A stretch of DNA of 64,000 nt from Bacteroidia bacterium (GCA_026003215.1 BPGV01000001.1:1515729-1579728), one strand, 5' to 3'; shown: positions 33,674-43,875, counted from the stretch's first letter. Numbers and translations are program-made. The notes: generated from the letters alone by a model not told the origin.

Positions 33674-34196
33674 GGCGCTTTTGGAGAAGCTCTTTCAAAA
33701 GGGGGGCAGAAGCACGCTTCTGCCCCTTCTTTGTGTTGCGTGTAGCTCCCCTACGCAGTGGCCTACCCCAGAAGGGATACCGGTCTCTCAGCGGGATTCT
33801 CTTCGGAAGGTGCTTTATCCGCTGGTAGCAGGGAGGCATGCGCTGCAGGACTCGATCCAGTCCTATCGGTGGGAGCTGTGGGTGCCGGCAGGAGAAACCC
33901 TCTATTTTGGCTTCAGTCGGCCAGTGCGTAGCCTTTTCCCGGGGCGGCGGGAAGCCGTGGTAGGTCGGGGTATCCTGAGTGATACAGGGTTGCGGTTTTA
34001 TGAAGAGCTATTTTGGACCTATCGCTTTCCATCAGATACAATACGGGCAGTGGTGGAAGGGCTCTTTACCGCGTGGCGCCAAGGGACCGACCTGCGCCGG
34101 TGGAATGAAACCTTCGTAGCCTTTCCAGACCCCTATACTTTTTATGATGCAGGGCAGCGCCGCTGGCGACGTATTATAGGAAAAGACACCCTTTAA
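33660..34196 (+). CDS. hypothetical lipoprotein
   Basis: ORF with lipobox-like LLCVAC. It shows no recognisable domain and overlaps the upstream stop by 14 nt. Confidence 0.35.
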   Translation: MLSTKALLEKLFQKGGRSTLLPLLCVACSSPTQWPTPEGIPVSQRDSLRKVLYPLVAGRHALQDSIQSYRWELWVPAGETLYFGFSRPVRSLFPGRREAVVGRGILSDTGLRFYEELFWTYRFPSDTIRAVVEGLFTAWRQGTDLRRWNETFVAFPDPYTFYDAGQRRWRRIIGKDTL

Positions 34197-34215
34197 GAAA
34201 CCCCCCGCCCTTGCG

Positions 34216-34223
34216 TATCTTTG
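34216..34223 (+). promoter_or_regulatory. putative -7 box TATCTTTG, 7 nt upstream of the ATG at 34231
   Basis: Sequence reads TATCTTTG-CCCCAAC-ATG. Confidence 0.5.
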
Positions 34224-34230
34224 CCCCAAC

Positions 34231-34923
34231 ATGGCCGAAGAACAAACCCCTAAGCCTGAAACGGAAACTTCTACGCCCTCCTCGGAGAATCGTTGGCTGG
34301 CTTTGTGGCGGCGTCTCCAGCAAAATCGGATTGTTTCCTATGCCGGGATAGGTTTAGTAGTGGTAGTCGTAGGATGGCTGGCCTATCGCCAATACTTAGC
34401 CAGTCAGAATGAAGAGTGCCTGCGAGAAATGCGCTTTGCAGAAGCGTTTTTTCGACAAGACTCTTTTGAAAAGGCTATTAAAGGTACCGCTACGGCGATG
34501 GGCTTTGAGCAGCTCGTAGAGGAGTACGGGCGTACGGAAGCTGGCAATCTCTGCCGCTTATACCTTGGTATTGCCTACCTAAAGACCGGGAAGTTTGAAG
34601 AAGCCCGGGCAGCCTTAGAGGCATACGATGTACCTGGTTCGTATATGGGTGGGGTGGCTACGGCGGCATTAGCCGGAGCATACGCGGAGCTTCAAGAATA
34701 TAAAAAAGCCGCCAAGCTCTATGAAAAAGCCGCTACAATCCACAACAACAGCCAGACGAGTCCGGTATTCCTTTTGCAGGCGGGCCTGAGCTATGAACTG
34801 GCCCAAGAGTGGGAAAAAGCGGCTGCGGTCTATAGGGAGATACTCAAAAAGTACCCCTTAGCGGGGGAAGCTTCTACAGCGCAGAAGCATCTGTCTCGGG
34901 TAGAGACAGCCCATGCGCACTGA
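34231..34923 (+). CDS. membrane-anchored TPR-like protein (YfgM-like layout)
   Basis: Has an N-terminal cytoplasmic tail, one TM helix (IVSYAGIGLVVVVVGWLAY), and then TPR-like helical repeats. Confidence 0.5.
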   Translation: MAEEQTPKPETETSTPSSENRWLALWRRLQQNRIVSYAGIGLVVVVVGWLAYRQYLASQNEECLREMRFAEAFFRQDSFEKAIKGTATAMGFEQLVEEYGRTEAGNLCRLYLGIAYLKTGKFEEARAALEAYDVPGSYMGGVATAALAGAYAELQEYKKAAKLYEKAATIHNNSQTSPVFLLQAGLSYELAQEWEKAAAVYREILKKYPLAGEASTAQKHLSRVETAHAH

Positions 34924-35590
34924 GGGTCTTTCTTATACGCCACCGCTGGAGCTCCTGAAACGGGTACGCCTGTTTGTCCTCCAGACGCGGTGGCATGGCG
35001 ACCTGATGGCTCGGCTGTGGGAGGGGCTGTGTGCAGAAGTACATCGTTTGGGCTTCCCGATGGAACGGGTGCATCGGATAGAGGTAGCGGGCAGCTTTGA
35101 GCTGGTGCATGCAGCCGGGGCCATTGCCCGGCACTACACATGGAAGCGGGGGTTTGCTCAGGTGGTCTCTGTACAAGGCCCTACGCAAATCCAAAGCAAC
35201 TTGCGATTACCCCCGCTTTTTCAGGGAAACTTTGAGAGTCGGCTTCGCTCGGAGTTTCTGTTGGAGTCGCCGGGGCCTATCAGCTACTTTCAGCCTTATG
35301 AACCTGGCCCTGCCGATGAACTTCCCGCTATCTTAGCGTTGGGGTGCATACTCAAGGGGGCTACCGAGCATAACCAGTATTTGGCCCATGCGGTATTTCA
35401 CCAGCTCAGTGCGCTTAACCTCACCAGCGGCGTGCCCGTGATACTGGGGGTGCTCACGCCAGATACCCTCAAGCAGGCCTGGGAACGGGTTCCTCAGGTG
35501 GCGGATTGGGTACAGGTAGCTTTTTTGGCATGGGAAGGGCGGCTTCGGCTTCAGGCGCTGTGGGACTCGCAGGGGGAGCCTTCCGCATAG
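34913..35590 (+). CDS. ribH: 6,7-dimethyl-8-ribityllumazine synthase homologue with a large internal insertion
   Basis: The flanks match RibH: RIEVAGSFELVHAAGAIA on one side and AILALGCILKGATEHNQYLAHAVFHQLSALNLTSGVPVILGVLTPDTLKQAWER on the other. About 55-60 extra residues lie between them (about nt 35138-35320). Confidence 0.6.
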   Translation: MRTEGLSYTPPLELLKRVRLFVLQTRWHGDLMARLWEGLCAEVHRLGFPMERVHRIEVAGSFELVHAAGAIARHYTWKRGFAQVVSVQGPTQIQSNLRLPPLFQGNFESRLRSEFLLESPGPISYFQPYEPGPADELPAILALGCILKGATEHNQYLAHAVFHQLSALNLTSGVPVILGVLTPDTLKQAWERVPQVADWVQVAFLAWEGRLRLQALWDSQGEPSA

Positions 35591-35593
35591 CGG

Positions 35594-36976
35594 GTGTCCC
35601 TGCGTCGGCTCTTGTATCATGGCGCCGTCTATGGCCTGACCACGGCCACAGCCCGCCTGCTGAACTGGGTACTTACGCCGCTATATGCGCATCGTCTGAG
35701 CGTAGAGGACTTCGGACGCATGTCAGAGTTGTATGCCTGGATGGTATTCGGGCTTATTGTGGCAGGGGCGGGGATGGAAACAGCCTACTTTCGCTTTAGC
35801 CAAGGAAAGGCGCGCCCTTTCTGGCAAATGTTAGGCCTGACTGTCGGCGTAGGGGGTGGAATAGCAGGGAGCTTGGCCTTAGCGGTGCCCTTTATAGGGC
35901 CGGCTTTGGGATACGCCGACAGGCTTTCCCTCTTGTGGCTCACTATTGCGATATGGACGGTAGATGCGTGGGGAAGCTTTGCGCTGGCTTATCAACGGGC
36001 GTTGGGGCGACCGGCCCGCTTTGCGGCTATCCAGCTTTCGCATGTACTGCTTTTACTGGGGCTCAATATATGGGGGGTAGGGGGGCAGGGATATGGATTG
36101 GATTTTATCTTGTGGGCAAACTTGGGCGCTTCTCTTTTGCGGCTGAGCTGGGCGCTGGCCTGGGGACCTCGTCGCGTCTCCTCATCTAACGATTCCCTCC
36201 CTACAAGACTCCTCCTCACCTACGGCCTTACACTGGCAGGGATGGGGCTATTGGGGGCTACCAACGATGTATTGGACCGGGTGCTTTTGGCGCGCTATGA
36301 CCTTGCCCAGACGGCCTTATACAGTGCCGCCTATAAAATCGCCATGGCCTTGGCGCTCTTTGTGCAGGCCTACCGCCAAGCCGGCGAACCCCTCCTCTTA
36401 GGCGAAAGCCGAGGCGACCTGTGCTTCTACCGCCGAAGTTGGCTCTTGTATCATGCTATTGGCCTTTCGGGAGTCTTGCTTCTTAGCCTTTGGGCGCCGC
36501 TCTTAGTGACGACGGATTGGGGTGGACTACTGCCACGGTCGCTTTTTCCGTCCGCTTACCACGCTGCCCTACCTGTGGTGCCTATCCTCCTGTGGGCCAA
36601 TCTCCTCATGGGCAGTCTCGTCCAGGCTTCCGTTTGGTATAAGCTCCAGGAGCGGCCCACTGCAGGCCTTTTTATTACGGCTTTGGGTAGCCTTATCACG
36701 TGGGTAGGCAATCTCTACGGCATTCCCCGCTATGGGTATGTAGCCAGCGCATGGACGACGCTACTGGCGTATGGGGGCATGGTGGGGGTTAGTGTGCTGT
36801 GGGGGCGAAAGGTGCTTCCCGGGGCTTTCCCACTTGGGCAGATAGTAGGTGGGAGCCTCTGGGTAGTACTCATGCAGTGGGGCACCTCGTATGCACCCCC
36901 TGTACTTCTCTCGGGGGTGGGGCTTGTGGGGCTAACTTGGATCTTTGGACGGGCTTTAGCTCAGAAGTCCCCCTGA
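35594..36976 (+). CDS. MOP-superfamily polysaccharide/oligosaccharide flippase (Wzx-like)
   Basis: 460 aa with about 12-14 TM helices and a polysaccharide-biosynthesis-protein layout. GTG start 4 nt after the ribH stop. Confidence 0.6.
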   Translation: MSLRRLLYHGAVYGLTTATARLLNWVLTPLYAHRLSVEDFGRMSELYAWMVFGLIVAGAGMETAYFRFSQGKARPFWQMLGLTVGVGGGIAGSLALAVPFIGPALGYADRLSLLWLTIAIWTVDAWGSFALAYQRALGRPARFAAIQLSHVLLLLGLNIWGVGGQGYGLDFILWANLGASLLRLSWALAWGPRRVSSSNDSLPTRLLLTYGLTLAGMGLLGATNDVLDRVLLARYDLAQTALYSAAYKIAMALALFVQAYRQAGEPLLLGESRGDLCFYRRSWLLYHAIGLSGVLLLSLWAPLLVTTDWGGLLPRSLFPSAYHAALPVVPILLWANLLMGSLVQASVWYKLQERPTAGLFITALGSLITWVGNLYGIPRYGYVASAWTTLLAYGGMVGVSVLWGRKVLPGAFPLGQIVGGSLWVVLMQWGTSYAPPVLLSGVGLVGLTWIFGRALAQKSP

Positions 36977-36979
36977 CCG

Positions 36980-36987
36980 TACCTTTG
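36980..36987 (+). promoter_or_regulatory. putative -7 box TACCTTTG, 4 nt upstream of the gmhA ATG
   Basis: Sequence reads TACCTTTG-AAGG-ATG. Confidence 0.5.
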
Positions 36988-36991
36988 AAGG

Positions 36992-37570
36992 ATGCAGGAC
37001 AAAATCCTCAAGGCGCTTTCGGATGCTGTGGCAGTGAAGCAGCAGCTCTTAGCCTCGGAGGAGATACGCCAGCTTATAGAGGCAGTAGCACTGCGGATAG
37101 TAGCAGTTTTTCGGCAAGGGGGACGCGTGTTTTTCTGTGGGAATGGCGGGAGTGCTGCCGATGCCCAGCATTTGGCCGCCGAGCTTACTGGGCGCTATTA
37201 CAAGGACCGCCCGCCCCTGCCTGCTGAGGCTCTCCATGTAAATACCTCCTTCTTAACGGCAGTGGCTAACGATTACAGCTATGAAGAGACTTATGCTCGG
37301 CTTCTGCGGGGATGGGGGCGCTCTGGCGACCTGCTCTGGGCCATGAGTACTTCAGGGAACTCTCCCAATGTGCTCCGAGCCATAGATACGGCCCGAGAGC
37401 TGGGGATGATTACTGTAGGGCTTACGGGCGCTGCGGGGGGCAAGATGGTCGGGCGGTGTGATTACCTCTTCCGAGTGCCCTCTACCGATACCCCGCGCAT
37501 TCAAGAGGCACACATGGTGATAGGTCATACCGTCTGCCAGCTGGTAGAAGAGGCGCTCTTTGGCTCGTGA
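36992..37570 (+). CDS. gmhA: D-sedoheptulose-7-phosphate isomerase (SIS domain)
   Basis: Contains FFCGNGGSAADAQHLAAEL and STSGNSPNVL; 192 aa. Confidence 0.85.
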   Translation: MQDKILKALSDAVAVKQQLLASEEIRQLIEAVALRIVAVFRQGGRVFFCGNGGSAADAQHLAAELTGRYYKDRPPLPAEALHVNTSFLTAVANDYSYEETYARLLRGWGRSGDLLWAMSTSGNSPNVLRAIDTARELGMITVGLTGAAGGKMVGRCDYLFRVPSTDTPRIQEAHMVIGHTVCQLVEEALFGS

Positions 37571-37630
37571 GCTTCACCCTGCGCGGCGAACCAGCTTTTT
37601 TTTGTTATTTAGTCCAAATCCAGATTTGTC

Positions 37631-39082
37631 ATGCAACCTACCCAAGACGAAGTCCTCACCCAGCACCTGACCCGAGAGTATGAATGGGGCTTTGAAGCCG
37701 ATTTAGACCAGGAGTATGCGCCTAAGGGTCTGAGCGAGGAGATTATTGAGTACATCTGGGCGAAAAAGAAAGAGCCGCCCTTTATGCTGGACTTTCGCAT
37801 GCGGGCCTACCGGGCCTGGCGCGACATGAAAGAACCGCACTGGCTCAATGGCCACTATGCCCCCATAGATTATCAGGATGCGTATTACTATGCTGCCCCT
37901 AAGAGCGTAGCAGAAAACCGCCCTAAATCTTTGGAAGAGGTAGACCCCGAAATCCGCCGTATTTTTGACAGGTTGGGCATTCCCTTAGAGGAGCAGGAAA
38001 TCTTGGCAGGAGTGGCTGTGGATGCAGTATTAGATAGCGTGTCCGTAGCTACCACGTACAAGGAAAGGCTCGCTAAAATGGGCATTATTTTTTGCGCTAT
38101 GAGCGAAGCCTTAGAAAACTATCCTGACCTCGTAAAAAAGTACTTAGGCACCGTCGTCCCCTACAACGATAACTTCTTTGCCGCGCTAAACTCGGCGGTA
38201 TTTAGTGACGGTTCTTTTGTGTATGTGCCCAAAGGCGTGCGCTGTCCGTTAGAACTTTCTACCTACTTCCGGATCAATGCCCGTAAGACGGGACAGTTTG
38301 AACGCACATTGATTATAGCGGATGAAGGCGCGTATGTAAGCTATCTGGAGGGGTGTACTGCTCCTCGCCGTTCGGAGCATCAGCTCCACGCTGCGGTGGT
38401 AGAGCTGGTGGCTTTGTCAGGCAGCTATATCAAGTATTCCACGGTGCAAAACTGGTACCCGGGCGATACAGAGGGCAAAGGCGGCGTATATAACTTCGTG
38501 ACAAAGCGGGGGATTGCCTACGAGCGCGCTAAAATCTCTTGGACCCAAGTAGAGACCGGCTCAGCGATAACCTGGAAGTATCCCAGTGTCATCCTGAAAG
38601 GGGATGACTCGGTAGGGGAGTTTTACTCGGTCGCGGTCACCAATAACTACCAGCAAGCCGATACGGGCACCAAGATGATACATATCGGCAAAAACACCCG
38701 CAGTCGTATTGTATCCAAGGGTATATCTGCAGGAAAAAGTAATAACACCTACCGCGGCTTGGTACAGGTCCTTTCTAATGCGGAAAATGCCCGAAATTTT
38801 TCGCAGTGTGACTCGCTGCTCATAGGGAGTGCGTGTGGGGCGCATACTTTCCCGTATGTAGAGGTAAAAAACCCGACCGCTGTCGTAGAGCATGAGGCTA
38901 CCACTTCAAAAATTGGCGAGGATATTCTCTTTTACTGCAATCAGCGCGGCATTCCTACCCAGGAAGCCGTGGAGCTTATCATAAATGGCTATTGTCAGGA
39001 GGTTTTGGCGCACCTGCCTTTGGAGTTTGCGGTAGAAGCGCGAAAACTGCTGGCGATTAGTCTGGAAGGAAGCGTCGGATAA
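37631..39082 (+). CDS. sufB: Fe-S cluster assembly protein SufB
   Basis: Full-length match to the SufB pattern, including [23 protein letters not shown] and [17 protein letters not shown]. Confidence 0.95.
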   Translation: MQPTQDEVLTQHLTREYEWGFEADLDQEYAPKGLSEEIIEYIWAKKKEPPFMLDFRMRAYRAWRDMKEPHWLNGHYAPIDYQDAYYYAAPKSVAENRPKSLEEVDPEIRRIFDRLGIPLEEQEILAGVAVDAVLDSVSVATTYKERLAKMGIIFCAMSEALENYPDLVKKYLGTVVPYNDNFFAALNSAVFSDGSFVYVPKGVRCPLELSTYFRINARKTGQFERTLIIADEGAYVSYLEGCTAPRRSEHQLHAAVVELVALSGSYIKYSTVQNWYPGDTEGKGGVYNFVTKRGIAYERAKISWTQVETGSAITWKYPSVILKGDDSVGEFYSVAVTNNYQQADTGTKMIHIGKNTRSRIVSKGISAGKSNNTYRGLVQVLSNAENARNFSQCDSLLIGSACGAHTFPYVEVKNPTAVVEHEATTSKIGEDILFYCNQRGIPTQEAVELIINGYCQEVLAHLPLEFAVEARKLLAISLEGSVG

Positions 39083-39097
39083 CGAATACATAGACCT

Positions 39098-39844
39098 ATG
39101 CTGACGATACGAAATCTGCATGTTTCCGTAGAAGGGCGCGGAATTTTGAAAGGTCTCACCTTAGAAGTGCGCCCTGGTGAAGTGCATGCCCTTATGGGGC
39201 CCAATGGAGCCGGTAAAAGCACATTAGCGGCCGTCCTGGCTGGCCGAGAAGGCTACGAAGTGACCGAAGGGGAGATTCTCTTTGAGGGACAAAATCTTTT
39301 AGAGCTCTCCCCAGAAGAGCGCAGCCATGCGGGTATCTTTCTGGCTTTTCAATACCCTGTGGAAATACCGGGGGTGAGCATGATACAGTTTTTGCGGGCG
39401 GCCTTGAATGCCCACCGGGCTGCCAAAGGGTTAGATCCCCTGGATACTGCCGAACTTATGGCCCTGCTCAAAGAAAAAGCCGCCCTCCTCAAACTGGATC
39501 CCGCTTTCCTTTCCCGCTCAGTGAATGAAGGTTTTTCCGGCGGGGAGCGTAAAAGAGCGGAAATCTTCCAAATGGCTGTACTGGGCCCTAAGCTGTGCAT
39601 TTTGGACGAGACCGACTCGGGCTTAGATATTGATGCCCTCAAAGTGGTCTCAGAAGCCGTGAATGCCCTGCGCTCGCCGGCTCGTTCATTTTTGATTATT
39701 ACGCACTATTATCGGATCTTGCAGCATATTCGGCCGGATGTGGTACATATTTTGGCGGATGGACGCATTGTGCGTTCGGGTGGGGCTGAACTCGCCGTGG
39801 AGCTGGAAGAAAAAGGGTATGAACCTCTATTAGCTGCGGTATGA
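39098..39844 (+). CDS. sufC: Fe-S cluster assembly ATPase SufC
   Basis: Contains Walker A GPNGAGKST, the signature NEGFSGGERKR, and Walker B LCILDETDSGLD. Confidence 0.95.
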   Translation: MLTIRNLHVSVEGRGILKGLTLEVRPGEVHALMGPNGAGKSTLAAVLAGREGYEVTEGEILFEGQNLLELSPEERSHAGIFLAFQYPVEIPGVSMIQFLRAALNAHRAAKGLDPLDTAELMALLKEKAALLKLDPAFLSRSVNEGFSGGERKRAEIFQMAVLGPKLCILDETDSGLDIDALKVVSEAVNALRSPARSFLIITHYYRILQHIRPDVVHILADGRIVRSGGAELAVELEEKGYEPLLAAV

Positions 39845-41028
39845 TGGCCAGTCCTGTGGAGACTACGCTATTGAGTATAGAGGCGGGTGCCCAGCACTTA
39901 ATGGAGATACTGCGGGGGCAGGCGTCGGCTGCGGGCTTGCCACCTAAGCTTAGGGCTGAGTGGCAAGCGCTCGCTCAACGAGCCGACTTGCTTTCACTTT
40001 TTACAGAGCAACGGCTTAAGGAGGACTGGAAATATACGCCGGTGGAGTTTTTCCGGCGACAATGGGTACTGGGCCAGCTGAGGGAAGCCATGGCAGATTT
40101 TCCCGTAGTGGGGAGCTGGCCTTTTGCGCAGCAGGTGCCCCCCAGTGAAGACCTGCCAGCTTTGAGGAGCCTCCCTAAGCCCACTTCGCCCTGGGAGGTG
40201 CTCCTGGCGTCAGCACCAGCCCACGCGCATTATGTGGTTCATAAGCAAGAACGGGTACTCCTCCAGCCGGCCGTAGCCGAAGGTCTGGTGCCTCTTTTCG
40301 TGACGGTCTCTGTCGCCCCGCACGCAGAAGCCGAAGTGTGGCTACTACCCTCCGTACAAGGCTTCCTGCTTTTGCGTCTTCATATAGATGTAGGCACAGG
40401 CGGCCGAGTAAGGTTCTTTTATCCTACTGATATAGGGGAGGGGCATTTATACGGGATTTTTACGGCTGAGGTAGCTCAAGAGGCGCGGATAGAGACCTAC
40501 GATATGACGGTGTCGGCGCTGTGGAAGCGTTCGGAGATGAAGGTGCGTTTAGCTGGGCCGGGTGCCGCTGCATACTTACATGGAGCCTCCCGCATTCCTT
40601 CCCGTCACTGCGTGGATCAGGCTATCCGCATAGAACATGCCGCACCTCACACCGAAAGCAACCAGCTTTTTAAATCGCTGGTGTATGCCGAAGGGCGGAG
40701 CGCCTTTCAAGGGCGTATCTACGTGCATCGTGAGGGCCAAAAAACCAACGCCTACCAATCCCACAAAGCCCTTTTATGGGAACGGTCGGCAGTAGCTTAT
40801 AGCCGGCCGCAGCTGGAGATCTTTGCGGATGATGTGCGTTGTACGCATGGGGTGACCACGGGCTTCGTGCAAGGACACATGTTGGAATACCTACGGGTGC
40901 GGGGTATGCCTGAGGCGCAAGCTCGCCAGCTCTTAGCGGGGGCCTTCTTAGCTGAAGTGCTGGGGAAAGTCCCCTACTCGGCCCTGACCGACGAGCTGTA
41001 CCGACGCATGGGCTTCGCGTGGGACTGA
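39841..41028 (+). CDS. sufD: Fe-S cluster assembly protein SufD
   Basis: The C-terminal beta-helix region has HTESNQLFKSLV, the SufD hallmark PQLEIFADDVRCTHGVTTG, and LF/YL..RG. It overlaps sufC. Confidence 0.85.
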   Translation: MMASPVETTLLSIEAGAQHLMEILRGQASAAGLPPKLRAEWQALAQRADLLSLFTEQRLKEDWKYTPVEFFRRQWVLGQLREAMADFPVVGSWPFAQQVPPSEDLPALRSLPKPTSPWEVLLASAPAHAHYVVHKQERVLLQPAVAEGLVPLFVTVSVAPHAEAEVWLLPSVQGFLLLRLHIDVGTGGRVRFFYPTDIGEGHLYGIFTAEVAQEARIETYDMTVSALWKRSEMKVRLAGPGAAAYLHGASRIPSRHCVDQAIRIEHAAPHTESNQLFKSLVYAEGRSAFQGRIYVHREGQKTNAYQSHKALLWERSAVAYSRPQLEIFADDVRCTHGVTTGFVQGHMLEYLRVRGMPEAQARQLLAGAFLAEVLGKVPYSALTDELYRRMGFAWD

Positions 41029-41124
41029 AGAGGGGAGCTGGGCTAAGAAGCGCCTATTCTCTTTATCCACAGAGGTACCAAATGAAGGGGTGGGGCTGTG
41101 TATCGTTTTTCTTATACGGCGGGT

Positions 41125-41132
41125 TACCTTTG
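41125..41132 (+). promoter_or_regulatory. putative -7 box TACCTTTG, 4 nt upstream of the ATG at 41137
   Basis: Sequence reads TACCTTTG-TCCC-ATG. Confidence 0.45.
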
Positions 41133-41136
41133 TCCC

Positions 41137-41556
41137 ATGAAGCAGCCGTTTCGCTGGATAGGCATAGGGATAGTTCTGCTTTGGGGCTGTGAAGGGCTGG
41201 GCACAAGCCAACAACCCGAAGAGGAAGCCGCCCCTCCCCTCACAGGGACCATAGGCCGCTCCGAGGTGCGCATCAAAGAAAAATGGCGCCCTCTGGTGAA
41301 AATCAACAGTAAAAAGCCCCAAAAAACCCCTCCTTTTCGCATCTCGGGTCGCGAGTGGAAGATATACTGGAAAAATAAAGAGCCCGGGGAGCTGATACTC
41401 ATCTTGTACGATGCGAATAATCCGGACTACTCGGAGATATTGGTGAATGTCTCCACCCCGGATGAGGATGTGATCTACCTAACAGGTAAGGGACAGTATC
41501 GGCTGGAAGTGGTAGGCAAGCAGCCCTACGAAGTGCTTATAGAGGAGCTTCGGTGA
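41137..41556 (+). CDS. small hypothetical lipoprotein
   Basis: Signal/lipobox IVLLWGC; 139 aa; no recognisable domain. Confidence 0.4.
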   Translation: MKQPFRWIGIGIVLLWGCEGLGTSQQPEEEAAPPLTGTIGRSEVRIKEKWRPLVKINSKKPQKTPPFRISGREWKIYWKNKEPGELILILYDANNPDYSEILVNVSTPDEDVIYLTGKGQYRLEVVGKQPYEVLIEELR

Positions 41557-42529
41557 GGGACTGCAGGAGGGGTTCGGGCGAAAGGGAGGTACCACAGCGA
41601 AAGTGCCCTTGGGGACAGGCTTTTTTGCCATGTAAGCCACAGGGGCGGCAGGCGAGGGGAAAAGGCGGCTCCACCACTTGACTCTTTGGGGCCAAAGGCC
41701 CAAATCCAAAGGCCGGCACTGTGGAACAAAATACGGTCGTAGTAGGGCAGCCAACTGCTGACGCTAAGTGGGTGATGGCACTATCCACGGTAAAGGCGCG
41801 TTCTGCCTTTTGAAGGAGAGCCGCCACTTCCAAGAGGGAAAGCTGTCCAGCTATGTTATGGACCTTAGGGTGATGAGCGAGGAGTGGGGCAAAGCGAGGG
41901 GCCTCTTCTCGCGTGCCCACGAGATAGATGGTATAGTGGGGCGGTATTTTCTCTAAAAAATGACCCCATAAAGAAAACGGGGCTTCTTTGGTAGGCCAGC
42001 GCGAAGCCGGGGCTATCACGATATAGGGCTGCTGCTCTGCCCACAGCCGCACGCGGGCCTGGACTTCTTGGGAAGGGAAGAGCCAAGGAGGGGGAGGCAC
42101 CTCAGTGGGAAGGCCTAAGGGGGCTAAAAGGCTTAGTACGCGCTGGGTTTCATGAAGGCCAGGTTGAAAAGCATGTCGGACGCGGTGCGTGTATAAACAA
42201 CTCAGGGGGTTTTTCTCGTAGGTGATATACACTTTGGCGGGGAGCAGCCTCCCCAGCAAACCCATCCGAAAAAAACGTTGTACTACTATGATACTTTCCC
42301 ACTGGTATTGCCGCAAAGCCGAGAATAAGTGGAGCCAACCTTGCCAGGTTTTATCCCAGCTCCAGGTCTGGGTAATCCAGGGGTGCCCTTCCAGGAGCGG
42401 TTCTATGCCTGCGCGGACAAGGTAGTGTATTTCTGTCTGTGGGAAGTGCTGGCGGAGCTGCCCCAGGAGCGGAAGGGTAAGTATGGCATCCCCGAGAAAA
42501 GCCGGTTGAATCACTAAGAGGCGCGCCAT
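41537..42529 (-). CDS. glycosyltransferase family 9 (heptosyltransferase-like)
   Basis: Contains MARLLVIQPAFLGDAILTLPLL and C-terminal D...HLA.A.G.P motifs of GT9. The start is uncertain (42529, 42538 or 42550). Confidence 0.8.
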   Translation of the reverse strand: MARLLVIQPAFLGDAILTLPLLGQLRQHFPQTEIHYLVRAGIEPLLEGHPWITQTWSWDKTWQGWLHLFSALRQYQWESIIVVQRFFRMGLLGRLLPAKVYITYEKNPLSCLYTHRVRHAFQPGLHETQRVLSLLAPLGLPTEVPPPPWLFPSQEVQARVRLWAEQQPYIVIAPASRWPTKEAPFSLWGHFLEKIPPHYTIYLVGTREEAPRFAPLLAHHPKVHNIAGQLSLLEVAALLQKAERAFTVDSAITHLASAVGCPTTTVFCSTVPAFGFGPLAPKSQVVEPPFPLACRPCGLHGKKACPQGHFRCGTSLSPEPLLQSLTEAPL

Positions 42530-43875
42530 GCCCGCCATTTTTTGACCCAATAGTCCTTATAAAGCCAACGCGCCTCGGTAGTGACCAGAAGTACGAGGTA
42601 TAAGGCCGCGGGGGCTACCACCAGCAGGGGTAAGAAGGCGCCTACACCGGGAGAAAGGATCCCTTCACGCGCCAGTTTTTTGCCTTGGGCATTCAAAACA
42701 TAAAAAAGAATAAAAAAGCCGGTGGATACCACCAGCGGTGTCCCCAAGCCCCCCTTGCGGATTATTCCACCCAAAGCAGCCCCTAAAACCAGAAATACTA
42801 CGGGGGCCAGCGGGTAAGCAAACTTGTAATACCATTCCAGTTCGTAGCGCCAGGTGGTCTCGTAGAGCTGACGGAGACGTTCGGTGTAGTATTCGGCCAA
42901 GCTTTTATCACGGCGGAGGAGATTTTCGGCCTGAATGCGCAGGGCTTCGGAGTGGGGGGGGGGAGCGAGGGTATCCGAGCCTAAACGAGGGGGGGGGAGC
43001 TGGGCTTCTAACACTTTCTGCCAGTCGGCCTCCGTTTGCCGTAAGAGGACATGTAAGCTGTCTATGGCGCGGCGGAGGTCCCCTATGGGTAGCATGTATT
43101 GGTGGCCCGCAAAGAGCTTTTCATCGGAGCGTTTGAGGCCTAAACCGGAGATGTCTAAGCGCATACGCAAGGTATCAAAGCAAGCCCGGCTCCATAAGGG
43201 GGCCCGCTGGGGTTTGAGGGAAGTTTCGTATTGGCAGCCGTTGTATAGGGTGAAGGTTAAAAAGAGCCATTCTTTATCTACAAAGAGCTCCCCGTGGCGA
43301 GCGGTAATGGTGCGTTCTATGCTGCCATCGGGGGCATATTCGTAAATAAGCACATCGGTGAGGTGTTTTTCTCCGTGGATAGTACCTACGCGGATGGCGT
43401 ATCCTTCTATCCAGCGGTTGAAGAGGCCGGGTTTGAGGGCAAGGGCCGGCCGGGCCTGCTCCATGTCGTAGAGGAGGGTATAGAGCTTTAGGTTAGCGTG
43501 GGGGATGCCATACCACGCAAGCGCAGTGGCGGCTCCTAAGCTGAGTAGACCAAAGAGCAAAAGCGGTGCTAATATCCGTGCGAAGGGTACGCCAGCGCTC
43601 TGGAGAGCGGTCAGTTCTAAACGCTCGCCTAAGTTACCCATCGTCATCAGACCAGCCATGAGGAGCCCCATCGGCAGCGCTAAAAGCACCAGCGAGGCGC
43701 AGGCATACAAGAAGAGTTCTGCGAGTACGCTGGCCGGGAAGCCTTTCCCTAAAATGTCCTCTTGATAGCGGGAGAGAAACTGAATAACCAGTACCACCAG
43801 CGTAGTGCTGAAGCTGGCCAAGAAGGGTTTTACAAAGTTTCCCAAGAGGTAGGTATCCAGCCGTTTTATGCCCAT
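42514..43875 (-). CDS. LptF/LptG-family LPS export permease
   Basis: N-terminus LDTYLLGNFVKPFLASFSTTLVVLVIQFLS (YjgP/YjgQ), 6 TM helices, and a large periplasmic insert. Confidence 0.8.
   Translation of the reverse strand: MGIKRLDTYLLGNFVKPFLASFSTTLVVLVIQFLSRYQEDILGKGFPASVLAELFLYACASLVLLALPMGLLMAGLMTMGNLGERLELTALQSAGVPFARILAPLLLFGLLSLGAATALAWYGIPHANLKLYTLLYDMEQARPALALKPGLFNRWIEGYAIRVGTIHGEKHLTDVLIYEYAPDGSIERTITARHGELFVDKEWLFLTFTLYNGCQYETSLKPQRAPLWSRACFDTLRMRLDISGLGLKRSDEKLFAGHQYMLPIGDLRRAIDSLHVLLRQTEADWQKVLEAQLPPPRLGSDTLAPPPHSEALRIQAENLLRRDKSLAEYYTERLRQLYETTWRYELEWYYKFAYPLAPVVFLVLGAALGGIIRKGGLGTPLVVSTGFFILFYVLNAQGKKLAREGILSPGVGAFLPLLVVAPAALYLVLLVTTEARWLYKDYWVKKWRAWRAS

Noticed and set aside
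41085-41195. A small out-of-frame ORF (MKGWGCVSFFLYGG...) lies in the sufD-lipoprotein intergenic region.
   Set aside because: It has no promoter-like box or conserved features. It overlaps the better-supported lipoprotein start at 41137, which follows a TACCTTTG box.
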